Source: an uncultured Eubacteriales bacterium (lineage in GTDB: Bacteria > Acidobacteriota > Aminicenantia > Aminicenantales > Saccharicenantaceae). Taken from it: a stretch of 64,000 bases of DNA. The notes below the pieces were generated by a model, which worked only from the letters and a program-made list of their open reading frames with translations, did not search any database and had not been told where the DNA came from. The number at the start of each line of letters is the position of its first letter. Position 1 is the stretch's first letter. The translations under genes and the position numbers were made by a program. The stretch spans positions 4,814 to 68,813 of the forward strand of contig CAZZCH010000001.1 of assembly GCA_964652895.1 (NCBI GenBank). Reading direction: 5' to 3'. Shown piece after piece: positions 28,082-37,682 of the stretch.

Positions 28082-29353
28082 ATGTCCCACTCCCATAAGA
28101 TCTCCCGCCGGCAATTCATTCGGACAGGCGCCGCCGCCGCGGCCTCCCTGGCCATCGTCCCCCGGCACGTTCTGGGCGGCCAGGGTTACCTCGCCCCGAG
28201 CGATACCCTGACCAAGGCGGTCATCGGGGTCGGCGGCATGGGCCGGGGCCACCTCAGCTACCCCGGATCCGTTCTTCGGGCCGTCTGCGACGTCGACAGC
28301 GGGCACCTGGCCTCGGCCCTGGAGATATCCGGGCCCGGCGTCGCCGGCTACGCGGATTTTCGGGAAGTGCTGGAGCGCCCCGATATCGACATCGTCCACA
28401 TCGCGACGCCACCCCATTGGCACGCCCTGATCTCCATCGCCGCCGCGGCCGCCGGAAAGGATATCTGGTGCGAGAAGCCGATGACCCGCACGATCGCCGA
28501 AGGCCGCGCCGTCGTCGAGGCCGTCAAGCGCAACGGCCGCATCTTTCGTGTCAACACCTGGTTCCGCTTCGAAGACCGCTTCTACGGCTTCGGGACCGAT
28601 GTCAAGCCGATCAAGAAGGTGGTCCAGAGCGGGCTCCTGGGGTGGCCGCTGAAAGCGACGGTCGGCGCGGCGACCGGTTTCGATTGGAAGTTCTACTGGA
28701 GCGGGCTGACCAACCTGAGGCCCGAGCCCGTTCCACCCGAGCTCGACTACGATTTCTGGCTGGGCCCCGCGCCCTACAAGCCCTACAACCTCCACCGTGT
28801 CCACGGCACGTTCCGCGGCTATTGGGACTACGACGGCGGCGGCCTCGGAGACATGGGCATGCACTATCTCGACCCGGTCCAATACCTGCTCGACAAGGAC
28901 GGCACGAGTCCCGTCGAGATCTCGGCCGACTGCCCGCAGCAGCACCCTGACGCCTGCGGCGCCTGGCGGCGGATCGAGATGAAATATGCCGACGGCTGTG
29001 TCATCGTCCTCGACGGGGAGAACAGGGACAGGGACGCGCCCTTCCTTGAGGGCCCGGACGGGAAGCTCTTCCGGGGTTTCGAGTCGGACATCCCCAACCT
29101 CAGGACCGTCCTGGCCACCCTGCCGGACCCCGAGTCCCAGGTCACAGACTTCGCAGAGGCCGTCCGGACGAGGCGCCGTTTCGCCCTCAACGAGCGGAAC
29201 GCCCATCGCTCCTGCACCCTCGTCAACCTGGGGAAGATCGCGGTCCGGCTCGGACGGCGACTCCGTTTCGACCCGGATAAAGAGCGCTTCGTCGGCGACG
29301 AGGAAGCCAACCGCCTCATCGACCAGCCCATGCGGGCGCCCTGGCATATCTGA
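28082..29353 (+). CDS. Gfo/Idh/MocA-family NAD-binding oxidoreductase with a twin-arginine signal (GH109-like architecture)
   Basis: SRRQFIRTGAAAAASLA is a TAT motif. It is followed by a Rossmann motif, AVIGVGGMGRGH. ATG at 28082 with an AAAGGA SD. Confidence 0.8.
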   Translation: MSHSHKISRRQFIRTGAAAAASLAIVPRHVLGGQGYLAPSDTLTKAVIGVGGMGRGHLSYPGSVLRAVCDVDSGHLASALEISGPGVAGYADFREVLERPDIDIVHIATPPHWHALISIAAAAAGKDIWCEKPMTRTIAEGRAVVEAVKRNGRIFRVNTWFRFEDRFYGFGTDVKPIKKVVQSGLLGWPLKATVGAATGFDWKFYWSGLTNLRPEPVPPELDYDFWLGPAPYKPYNLHRVHGTFRGYWDYDGGGLGDMGMHYLDPVQYLLDKDGTSPVEISADCPQQHPDACGAWRRIEMKYADGCVIVLDGENRDRDAPFLEGPDGKLFRGFESDIPNLRTVLATLPDPESQVTDFAEAVRTRRRFALNERNAHRSCTLVNLGKIAVRLGRRLRFDPDKERFVGDEEANRLIDQPMRAPWHI

Positions 29354-29375
29354 GCGCCCCATGAGGAGAGAAAAG

Positions 29376-32300
29376 ATGAAAAAGATCCTGATCGCATGTC
29401 TCGTCCTCGCGGTTTCCTCCGGCGGACTGGCGGCCTCCGGGCAGGTCCCCGGCCCCGGGAGGGGGAGGGATCTGAAGCCGCTCGTCTCGTCGATCCTCGA
29501 GCGCTTCCCGGCCGAGACGTCCTCGGCGAGGGACGGGCTCTGCGCCGAGATCCTGAAGCTGGGCCCGGCCGCCATCCAAGAGGTCTGCGGCCGTGTTCTC
29601 GCTCCGGGGGCGGGCGACGACGCCAAGGCCCGGTTCGCCGTCAACGGTCTCGCCTTCTATGTCACGCGGCCCGGGGCCGAGGGCGAGCGCACCCTCTTCA
29701 TCCGGTCCCTCCTCGCCTCTCTGGCCGGGAGCCGGGACAAGAATATCGCCGCGTTCTTCCTGTCCCAGGTCCAAGCGGCCGGCAAGAAGGAATCCATCAA
29801 GCCCCTGGCCGGCTACCTCGTCGACGAGACGCTCGCCGGGCCGGCCGCGGCCGCCCTTCGGACGATCGGGGGCCCGGAAGCAGCCCGGGCGCTCTTGAAG
29901 TCGCTCGACGCGGCGCCCTTGATCGCCCGCCTGGTGATCATCAAGTCGCTCGGTGAGCTCCGAAGCCGCAAAGCGGTGAAAAAGATCCTCCGCTTTGCCG
30001 AAAGCGGCGTCGAAGGGCTGCGTCGGACGGCCCTATTCGCCCTGGCCAACATCGGCGACCCCGCGGCGGGTCCCGTTCTCACGAGATCACGCGTGGCCGC
30101 GTCGTTCCGGGAGAGGTCCGAAGCGCCCTCGCTCTATCTCCTCTACGCGCGCCGGCTGGCCGAGTCCGGGAAGACATCCGAAGCCCTGACTGCAGCCAGG
30201 GCCGTGCTCGATACGTATGTCAGGCCTGAAGAAAGTTCTATCGCCGCCGAGGCCCTGGCTCTCATCGTCTCGGCCCTCGGAGAACGCGCCCTGCCCGACC
30301 TTCTCCGGGCCATGGATAGCTCTCTCCTCGACTTTCGCGGCGCCGCCCTCGCCTTGGCCCCGTCGCTCCCGGGAAGTGACGCGACGGCCCGATGGGTCGA
30401 AAAGGCCGCCCAGTGCGGGCCCGCCGTCCGGGCCGAGATCACCGAAATGCTCGGCCGGCGCGGCGATGTCTCGGCCCTGCCCTTCGTCCGGGACGGTCTT
30501 CTCAGCGGGGACAAGGTCGTGCGGCTGGCCGCCATACCCGCCGCGACCCTCCTCGGCGGCGAGGCCGTTCTTCCCGACCTCCTCCGGCTGGCCGGTCCGG
30601 CCGATGAAGATGAGGCCGCGGCACTGAGGACAAGCCTTCTCGGCTACCGGGCCGACTTGGTCGTCCCCGAATGCGTTCGTCTCCTCGACTCCACTCCCCT
30701 GCCGGCCAAGGCCGTCCTCATCGAGGTCCTCGGTGAGAAGGGCGCGCGGCATGAGATCGACCGCGTGTTCATGCTGGCCCAAGACCCGGAACCGGCCGTC
30801 CGCTCGGCCGCCGTCGGAGCTCTGGCCAATCTCGCCGGCGAAAAGGATCTGCCGCGCCTCGTGGCCATGTTGGAGGCAGCCGTTGACGGCAACGACATCC
30901 TGCGTCTGCAGGAGGCCGTCGCGTCGGCGGTCCGCCGCAATCCCGACCCCACGAATAGGGCCGACGCCCTCCTTGTCCTCTTGAAAAACGCTACGCCCGC
31001 CGGGAAGATCGCCGTTCTTCGCCTCCTGCCGAAGATCGGCGGGGCCAGGCCGCTTCAAGCGGCCCTCGAGGAATACGGGACGACGGACGCCCAGGTGCAG
31101 TCCGTCGCCGTCTACGCCCTTTCGCAGTGGCCCGATTATCAAGCGGCCGATGAACTTCTGCGCATCGTGAAGACGACGCGGACTAAGAAGCATCTTCTCC
31201 TGGCCGTCGAAGGCTATGTCCGGCTCGTCGGCCGGGCCAACATGTCTCATCCGAAAAAGCTCGAGCGTCTTCAGGCCCTCCTCGCCCTGCCCATGGACGA
31301 TGCCGATCGGAAGGCCGTCCTCGCCGGTGTCGCGGCCATCCGCGAACCGGAGTCGCTCCGGCTCCTCGCCGGATACCTGGCGAACCCCTCCCTCCGCGAG
31401 ACCGCGGCGGCGGGGCTTCTGGACCTTGCGTCGGAACAGGAGCCCTCTGAACGCTGGCTCTCGGGCCACGAGGCCACCACGGTGCTCCGGCGCGTCGAGG
31501 CTTCCCTCGCCGACCCGGCCGAGAAAGAGCGGGTGGCCAAGATCATCATCGAGCGCCTGCGCCAGGGCGGTTTCGTCCCGCTTTTTGACGGCCGCGGACT
31601 CGGCGGCTGGAAGGGGCTCGTCGCCGACCCGCCCGCGCGGGCTAAGATGACGCCCGCGGAACTGGCCACGGCCCAGGCCGAGGCCGACGGGCGCATGCGG
31701 GCCCACTGGAAGGTCATCGACGGCGTCCTCGTCTTCGACGGCAAGGGCGAGAGCTTGTACGCTCTCGGCGACTACGCCGACTTCGAACTCCTCGTCGACT
31801 GGAAGATCGAGAAGGGCGGTGACAGCGGCCTCTATCTCCGGGGATCGCCGCAGGTCCAGATCTGGGACGCCGCGGCTAACCCGGCGGGCTCGGGCGGCCT
31901 CTACAACAACCAGAAGGGGCCGAGCCAGCCCCTGGAAAAGGCCGACCGTCCCGTCGGCGAATGGAACACGTTCCGCATCTTCATGATCGGCGAGCGCGTC
32001 ACCGTCTATCTCAACGACCGGCTGGTCGTCGATAACACCGTCCTCGAAAATTATTGGGAAAGGGACAAGTCGATCTATCCCTCGGGTTCGATCGAGCTCC
32101 AGGCCCACGGCAACCCGCTCTATTTCAGGAACATCTTTATCCGCGAGATCCCCCGCGATACCCGTGTCCCGCAACTTGCCGAAGCCGAGACGGCCGACGG
32201 GTTCGTGCCTCTCTTCAACGGCCGCGACCTCGAAGGCTGGACGGGCGACACCCAGGGCTATGCCGCCGCGGCCGGGAAGATCGTCATCCATCCCGAGCTC

Positions 32301-32771
32301 GGCAGCGGCAACCTCTACACCGTGAAAGAATACGCGGACTTCGTCCTCCGCTTCGAATTCAAGCTGCCCCCCGCCGCGAATAACGGACTGGGCGTCCGCG
32401 CCCCGCTCGAGGGCGACGCCGCCTATGCCGGCATGGAGATCCAGATCCTGGAAGACGGATCACCCGTCTACTGGGGCCTCAAGCCCTATCAGTATCACGG
32501 CTCGATCTACGGCGTCGTGCCGGCACGCCGCGGCGTGCTGAAGCCCGTCGGGGAGTGGAATGCCGAGGAGGTCACCGTCCAGGGCCGGCATGTCGCTGTC
32601 GTCGTCAACGGGACCACTATCGTGGACGCCGACATCGACGCCGCCGCCGCGGGCGGGACGATCGACGGCCACGACCATCCCGGCTTGAAACGCGAGTCCG
32701 GACACATCGGGTTCCTCGGCCACGGCGCGATCGTCGAGTTCCGGAACATCCGGATCAAAGAGTTGAAATGA
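29376..32771 (+). CDS. large secreted protein: N-terminal HEAT/PBS-lyase repeat array plus two C-terminal DUF1080 (3-keto-disaccharide hydrolase / LamG-like) domains
   Basis: Signal peptide MKKILIACLVLAVSSGGLAASG. HEAT-like repeats occupy residues ~150-700. The two DUF1080 copies are (FVPLF(D/N)GR(G/D)L.GW...W.V.DG.L...G...L....Y.DFEL..DWK...GDSG...RG...Q) and (HGNPLYFRNIFIREI). The ATG at 29376 is preceded by a GAGGAG SD. The track ORF is N-terminally extended. Confidence 0.75.
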   Translation: MKKILIACLVLAVSSGGLAASGQVPGPGRGRDLKPLVSSILERFPAETSSARDGLCAEILKLGPAAIQEVCGRVLAPGAGDDAKARFAVNGLAFYVTRPGAEGERTLFIRSLLASLAGSRDKNIAAFFLSQVQAAGKKESIKPLAGYLVDETLAGPAAAALRTIGGPEAARALLKSLDAAPLIARLVIIKSLGELRSRKAVKKILRFAESGVEGLRRTALFALANIGDPAAGPVLTRSRVAASFRERSEAPSLYLLYARRLAESGKTSEALTAARAVLDTYVRPEESSIAAEALALIVSALGERALPDLLRAMDSSLLDFRGAALALAPSLPGSDATARWVEKAAQCGPAVRAEITEMLGRRGDVSALPFVRDGLLSGDKVVRLAAIPAATLLGGEAVLPDLLRLAGPADEDEAAALRTSLLGYRADLVVPECVRLLDSTPLPAKAVLIEVLGEKGARHEIDRVFMLAQDPEPAVRSAAVGALANLAGEKDLPRLVAMLEAAVDGNDILRLQEAVASAVRRNPDPTNRADALLVLLKNATPAGKIAVLRLLPKIGGARPLQAALEEYGTTDAQVQSVAVYALSQWPDYQAADELLRIVKTTRTKKHLLLAVEGYVRLVGRANMSHPKKLERLQALLALPMDDADRKAVLAGVAAIREPESLRLLAGYLANPSLRETAAAGLLDLASEQEPSERWLSGHEATTVLRRVEASLADPAEKERVAKIIIERLRQGGFVPLFDGRGLGGWKGLVADPPARAKMTPAELATAQAEADGRMRAHWKVIDGVLVFDGKGESLYALGDYADFELLVDWKIEKGGDSGLYLRGSPQVQIWDAAANPAGSGGLYNNQKGPSQPLEKADRPVGEWNTFRIFMIGERVTVYLNDRLVVDNTVLENYWERDKSIYPSGSIELQAHGNPLYFRNIFIREIPRDTRVPQLAEAETADGFVPLFNGRDLEGWTGDTQGYAAAAGKIVIHPELGSGNLYTVKEYADFVLRFEFKLPPAANNGLGVRAPLEGDAAYAGMEIQILEDGSPVYWGLKPYQYHGSIYGVVPARRGVLKPVGEWNAEEVTVQGRHVAVVVNGTTIVDADIDAAAAGGTIDGHDHPGLKRESGHIGFLGHGAIVEFRNIRIKELK

Positions 32772-32777
32772 TGGAGC

Positions 32778-34388
32778 TCAGGACCCCCGGGCAGAGCGGC
32801 GTCCGAGAGCGCCGAGGCCCAGGGCCTCACGAAGCGCGGCGTTGATCTGGGTGTTGTCGATGATAAGCCCCGGATACCAGGTCCCGCGGTATTTCATGAG
32901 ATAGCCGGCCGCGGCGCCGGCCACCGTCAGGCCGACGAGTTCGTTCGTGTGCCCCGCCGTGCCGAAAAAAACGTCCCCGTCGGGATAGACGTTGGGAGAG
33001 GCAAAGACGGGGGTCTTGAGCGTGACCCCGTTCGCGGCCACTCCCCTGTCGCTGCCCACGGGAGGCGGAGCTTCCGGATAGGCGACCCGCGGTTCCTGGC
33101 GGGGAAGGTCCCCGAGGCCGAGACGTTTCGCGCTATCGATGACAAGCCCGCCGGTGGCATGGTCGGCGGTCACGACCAGGACGGTGTTCGTCCAGTCTAT
33201 GGCGTCCCCCGGACGGTCGACGAAGGCCGTCGCCGCCCGAACCGCCCCGTCGAGATCGGCGACACAGCCGATCATCCCACGGAAATCGTTGTCGTGGCTG
33301 GCCCAGTCGATATCGCCCTGCTCGACCATCAAGAAAAACCCGTCGGGGTCTCCGCCGAGATAGTCGAGCGCGGCGAGCGTCGCTTCGGCGAGCGTCGGAT
33401 TCTCTTTGTTTCCGGGAACGACGCGGGGTCGCCCGGGGGCGTCCTCGGCCAGGGGAACCTCGAAGTTGCCGCCCCTGCCGCCGAACAGGCCGAAAAGCTT
33501 CTTGCCGGCCCGGCGGGCGGCCGCCGCGCCATCGACGATGGCCCGGCCTCCGTCGCCGCCGGGTATCCTTTCCACCAGCAGATAGTCCGGGGACGTCTTG
33601 AGGCCGAGATACAGGGATTCCGATATGTAACCCCGTTTGGGATTGAAGTCGGGGTTGTCGAGGAGCGGATGTCCGCCGCCGATGACGACGTCGGGCTTGA
33701 CACGGAGGATGATCTCGTCGGCGATGCCCAGGCCCTTGTATCCCTTGAGGCCGGTGTAGTAGGAGTTGCGGCTGGTGTTGTGGCTGACGAAGCCGGCGGG
33801 GGTGGCGTGGTCGAAGGGGACGGTACTGACGACGCCGATCCCGGCGCCGGTCCTGGCCCGGTATTCTTCGGCGATCGTGGTCAGCTGGCCGTCCGGAGGG
33901 TCTCCCGGGAGCCAGGCGAGGTTGCCGGAGTCGGTCTTGAAGCCCGTGGCCAGGGCCGTCGCCGCCGAGGCCGAATCCGTGGCCGGCCCGGGCGGGAAGG
34001 GATGTCCGGAGTCCCGGTCCGTGTGCGGCCTGGTGCCGTCCGCTTTCACATCATAGCCGAGCAGGGGCGTGAACGACGATCGAGAATAAGGAGGGCGGCG
34101 GGCCTTTCGGGCGTTCCCGTTGTAGACGTTGACATCCCACGTCGCGACATAGGCTTTGGCCGGGAACTTCTGCCAGGCGAGGCCGTCGTCGGTCCCGTAG
34201 AGGTAGCGGCTGGCCGCGACCTCCGACTCGGCCGACATCCCATCGCCGATGAAGAAGATGACGTGCTTCAGGGCTGGGTTGCGCCTGCCGCAGGCGGGAG
34301 AAACGACGATGCCGGCGCCGAGCAGGATAACGGCGAGGACCGCCAGGGCGGCTCGTCGGATTCCCGAACGATCTTTGGTCATAGCCAT
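32778..34388 (-). CDS. alkaline phosphatase (PhoA family)
   Basis: FFIGDGMS and TDSASAATALATG motifs (including the active-site Ser region), plus a signal peptide. Confidence 0.8.
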   Translation of the reverse strand: MAMTKDRSGIRRAALAVLAVILLGAGIVVSPACGRRNPALKHVIFFIGDGMSAESEVAASRYLYGTDDGLAWQKFPAKAYVATWDVNVYNGNARKARRPPYSRSSFTPLLGYDVKADGTRPHTDRDSGHPFPPGPATDSASAATALATGFKTDSGNLAWLPGDPPDGQLTTIAEEYRARTGAGIGVVSTVPFDHATPAGFVSHNTSRNSYYTGLKGYKGLGIADEIILRVKPDVVIGGGHPLLDNPDFNPKRGYISESLYLGLKTSPDYLLVERIPGGDGGRAIVDGAAAARRAGKKLFGLFGGRGGNFEVPLAEDAPGRPRVVPGNKENPTLAEATLAALDYLGGDPDGFFLMVEQGDIDWASHDNDFRGMIGCVADLDGAVRAATAFVDRPGDAIDWTNTVLVVTADHATGGLVIDSAKRLGLGDLPRQEPRVAYPEAPPPVGSDRGVAANGVTLKTPVFASPNVYPDGDVFFGTAGHTNELVGLTVAGAAAGYLMKYRGTWYPGLIIDNTQINAALREALGLGALGRRSARGS

Positions 34389-34436
34389 CTATTATAATCC
34401 AACGCGCAAGCCGGCATGAATTTTGGCGATGCGATC

Positions 34437-35684
34437 TTATATCCCGTACTTGGCGATGATCTCCTGCTTCGTCTTGCCGAGGATGTCGAACTTCCGGCCG
34501 ACCTTGGTGAAAGCGGCGAGGGCCTTGTCGAGATGGTGGATCTCGTGCCCGGCCGAGATCTGGGTCCGGATCCGGGCCTGGCTCTGGGGAACGACCGGAA
34601 AAAAGAAGCCGATGGCGTAGATGCCCTCGTCGTAAAGGGCCCGCGAGACGTCCTGGGCCAGCTTGGCGTTGAAGAGCATGACCGGGACGATGGGCGTGTC
34701 CCCTTCCCTGAGGACGAATCCCGCCTCGGTCAGGCCTTTACGCCAATAGGCCGCGTTCTTCTCCAGCTTGTCCCGCCGCTCGGTCGACTTGGAGATGATG
34801 TCCATGACCTTGAGGACGCCGGCGACGACGACCGGGGCGATGGTGTTCGAGAAGAGATAAGGCCTGGCCCGCTGGCGGCACAGCTCGACGAGTTCCTTGC
34901 GTCCGCTGACACAGCCGCCGGAGGCCCCGCCGAGCGCCTTGCCGAAGGTCGTCGTGATGACGTCCATCTTGCCGACGACGCCGCACTTCTCGTGGGTGCC
35001 ACGGCCGGTCCTGCCGATGAACCCGGACGCGTGGGAGTCGTCGACGAGGAGCATGGCGTCATATTTTTCGCAGAGGGCGGCCATCTCGTCGAGCTTGGCC
35101 GTGTCGCCGTCCATGGAGAAGACGCCGTCGGTGACGACGAGCTTGAAGCGCTTGTCGGCGTGGAGCTGGAGCTTCTCCTCGAGGTGGCCCATGTCGGAGT
35201 GCTTGATCGTGTCGTGCATGGCGCTGCAGAGGCGGATGCCGTCGACGAGCGAAGCATGGACGAGCCGGTCGGAGATGATGACATCGTCCTTGGTCAGGAT
35301 GGCCTCGAAGACGCCGGCGTTGGCGTCCATGCAGGAGGGGAAGAGGAGGGTGTCTTCGGTCCCCAGGAACTCGGTCATCTTCCGCTCGAGCTCGCGGTGG
35401 ATGTCCTGGGTGCCGCAGATGAAGCGGACCGACGACATGCCGTAGCCGCGGCTCTCGAGGCCCTCGTGGGCGGCCTTGACCACATCGGGATGGCTCGACA
35501 GCCCGAGGTAGTTGTTGGCGCACATATTGATGACCTTCTTGAGAGGCGAGCCGGTCGGGAATTCGACCTCGATATCGGCCGCCTGGGGCGAGTGGATGAA
35601 CCGCTCCTGTTTGAACAGCCCGGCGTCCTGAATGCCCTTGATCTGGGCCTGGTACGTGCCGCGGATCTTGTCGCTGTAAGCCAT
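34437..35684 (-). CDS. alpha-oxoamine synthase of the glycine C-acetyltransferase (Kbl, 2-amino-3-ketobutyrate CoA ligase) type
   Basis: 415 aa. The Kbl-type motifs are nearly invariant: CANNYLGL, SVRFICGTQD, VTDGVFSMDGD, HASGFIGRTGRG, TFGKALGGASGG (PLP-lysine), RPYLFSN, ARIRTQISAGH. AAGAAGGGG SD. Confidence 0.85.
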   Translation of the reverse strand: MAYSDKIRGTYQAQIKGIQDAGLFKQERFIHSPQAADIEVEFPTGSPLKKVINMCANNYLGLSSHPDVVKAAHEGLESRGYGMSSVRFICGTQDIHRELERKMTEFLGTEDTLLFPSCMDANAGVFEAILTKDDVIISDRLVHASLVDGIRLCSAMHDTIKHSDMGHLEEKLQLHADKRFKLVVTDGVFSMDGDTAKLDEMAALCEKYDAMLLVDDSHASGFIGRTGRGTHEKCGVVGKMDVITTTFGKALGGASGGCVSGRKELVELCRQRARPYLFSNTIAPVVVAGVLKVMDIISKSTERRDKLEKNAAYWRKGLTEAGFVLREGDTPIVPVMLFNAKLAQDVSRALYDEGIYAIGFFFPVVPQSQARIRTQISAGHEIHHLDKALAAFTKVGRKFDILGKTKQEIIAKYGI

Positions 35685-35688
35685 GGCC

Positions 35689-35946
35689 TTACCCCTTCTT
35701 CGCCAGGAATCTTTGGACGAGAGAGACGATCTTGTTGACCGAGTCGAAGGCCTCGGGCGTGGCCTCGTCGTCCGGGATGGAGATCCCGTACTTGTTCTCG
35801 AGAAAACGCTTCAGGGAGACCATCGAGAACGAATCGACGATGCCGCCGGAAATGAGGGGCGTCTCGTAGGTCAGGGGATCGCTGTCGTCCTCGAGGTACT
35901 CTTTCGTGACGTAGTTCAGAACGATGTCTTTTAATTCGTCGGCCAT
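35689..35946 (-). CDS. acyl carrier protein (dedicated, cluster-associated)
   Basis: 85 aa, acidic, with a GGIVDSFSMVSL phosphopantetheine-attachment serine motif. AAAGGAG SD. Confidence 0.7.
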   Translation of the reverse strand: MADELKDIVLNYVTKEYLEDDSDPLTYETPLISGGIVDSFSMVSLKRFLENKYGISIPDDEATPEAFDSVNKIVSLVQRFLAKKG

Positions 35947-35961
35947 AATTTATCTCCTTTA

Positions 35962-37665
35962 TCAATCGTTTTCGAGGGTGGACGTGTCGCCGATCTCCTC
36001 GCCCCACTCCTTGGCGTGGAGGATGCGGCGCATGATCTTGCCGCTCCGCGTCTTGGGGAGCGACGGGACGAACTCGATCTCCTGGGGCATGGCCAGGGGC
36101 GAGAGCTTCTTGCGGATGAAGTTCATGATCTCGAGGTCGAGGTCCTTGCTGGCCGTAAAGCCGGGCTTGAGGGTGACGAAGGCTTTGACCACCTCGAGGT
36201 TGATCGGGTCGGGCTTGCTGACGACGGCCGACTCGGCCACGGCCGGGTGCTCGAGGAGGGCCGATTCGACCTCGAACGGGCTGACGAGATGGCCGGCCGT
36301 GTTGATGATGTCGTCGTCGCGGCCGGCGAACCAGAAGTAGCCGTCCTTATCGATCTTGGAGCGGTCCCCGGTGATATACCAGCCGTTGCGAAACTTCTTC
36401 TGGAAGGCTTCTTCGTTGTTCCAGTACGTGCGCATGCGTGACGGCCAGTCGAACTTGAGGGCGACCAGGCCGATCTTGCCGTGCGTCGCGTAGGGCTCGT
36501 TCTTGACCGGGTCGAGGACGGTCCCGGTGATGCCCGGGAAGGGCTTGCCCATCGAGCCCGGCCGGACCTCCATGTCCGGGTAGTTGCTGATGACGATCGA
36601 GCCGGTCTCGGTCTGCCAGTAGGTATCATAGAACGGCATCCCGAAGACTTTCTGCGACCAGACGACGGCCTCGGAGTTGAGGGGCTCGCCGACGCTTGCC
36701 AGATGGCGGAGGGAGGACAGGTCGAATTTTCTAATGATCTCGTCGCCGGCCTTCATCAGGGAGCGGATGGCCGTCGGCGCCGAGTACCACATCGTCACCC
36801 GGCGCTTCTCGATCCACCTGTACCATGCTTCGGCGGAGAACCCGGCGTCGAGGACGCACTGGGTGACGCCGATGGCGAATGGCGCGATGATCCCGTATGA
36901 AGTGCCCGTGACCCAGCCCGGGTCGGCCGTGCACCAGTAGATGTCGTCTTCACGGAGGTCGAGGGCCCACTTGGCCGTCAAGTACTGAGAGATCAGGGAG
37001 TAATGGACGTGCTGGACGCCCTTGGGCATGCCCGTCGTACCCGATGTGTAGTGGAGGACGGAGGCCGACTCGGCCTTGGTCGGATGGATGTCGAGGTGCT
37101 CGACCGGAGCGGCCTTCTCGAGCGAGAAGGCGACCTCGCGGTCCTTGAGCGGGGTGACGCCGTCGTGGTCGACAAGGATGATGTGACGGATGTGGGGCAG
37201 TTTCTCGAGGATCTTGCGGACCTTGGGGGCGTGTTTCTTCTGGGTGATGACGGCGGAAGTTTCGGCGTTGGAGAGACGGACGAAGAGCGATTCGTCACCG
37301 AAGGCCGAGAACAGCGGCTGGGCGATGGCCCCGATCTTCAGGATGCCGAGGAAGCCGAGGTAGAGCTCGGGGATCTTGTCCATGAACAGGCAGACGCGCT
37401 CGCCGTCCTTCAGGCCGAGACCGCGGAGGAAAGCGCCGACGGTGTTCGAGGCCAGGCGGATGTCGTTGTAGGTATAGGTCTTTTCGGCGCCGGTGTGGCC
37501 TTCCCAGTGGAGGGCGACCTTCGAGCCTTTCCCCTGCTGGCAGATCCGGTCCGTGCAGTACCAGCCGATGTTGATGACGTCGCCCGGCCTGTAGCCGAGT
37601 TCATTTTCGGCGATCGTCCAGGAGAAATTCTTGACGCGTTCGTCGTACGATCCGATGTTCGACAT
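35962..37665 (-). CDS. AMP-forming acyl-activating enzyme of the acetyl-/propionyl-CoA synthetase subfamily
   Basis: YTSGTTGMPKG (A3), DTYWQTETG (ACS-family signature), GWYITGD, and the C-terminal SGKIMRR (A10 lysine). 567 aa. GGAGAGGAA SD. Confidence 0.8.
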   Translation of the reverse strand: MSNIGSYDERVKNFSWTIAENELGYRPGDVINIGWYCTDRICQQGKGSKVALHWEGHTGAEKTYTYNDIRLASNTVGAFLRGLGLKDGERVCLFMDKIPELYLGFLGILKIGAIAQPLFSAFGDESLFVRLSNAETSAVITQKKHAPKVRKILEKLPHIRHIILVDHDGVTPLKDREVAFSLEKAAPVEHLDIHPTKAESASVLHYTSGTTGMPKGVQHVHYSLISQYLTAKWALDLREDDIYWCTADPGWVTGTSYGIIAPFAIGVTQCVLDAGFSAEAWYRWIEKRRVTMWYSAPTAIRSLMKAGDEIIRKFDLSSLRHLASVGEPLNSEAVVWSQKVFGMPFYDTYWQTETGSIVISNYPDMEVRPGSMGKPFPGITGTVLDPVKNEPYATHGKIGLVALKFDWPSRMRTYWNNEEAFQKKFRNGWYITGDRSKIDKDGYFWFAGRDDDIINTAGHLVSPFEVESALLEHPAVAESAVVSKPDPINLEVVKAFVTLKPGFTASKDLDLEIMNFIRKKLSPLAMPQEIEFVPSLPKTRSGKIMRRILHAKEWGEEIGDTSTLEND

Positions 37666-37682
37666 GAGTGATTCCTCTCCGT

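Noticed and set aside
28986-29375. Upstream in-frame extension of the HEAT/DUF1080 gene (the 1261-aa ORF).
   Set aside because: It overlaps the Gfo/Idh/MocA gene in another frame. The ATG at 29376 has a GAGGAG SD and yields a signal peptide.
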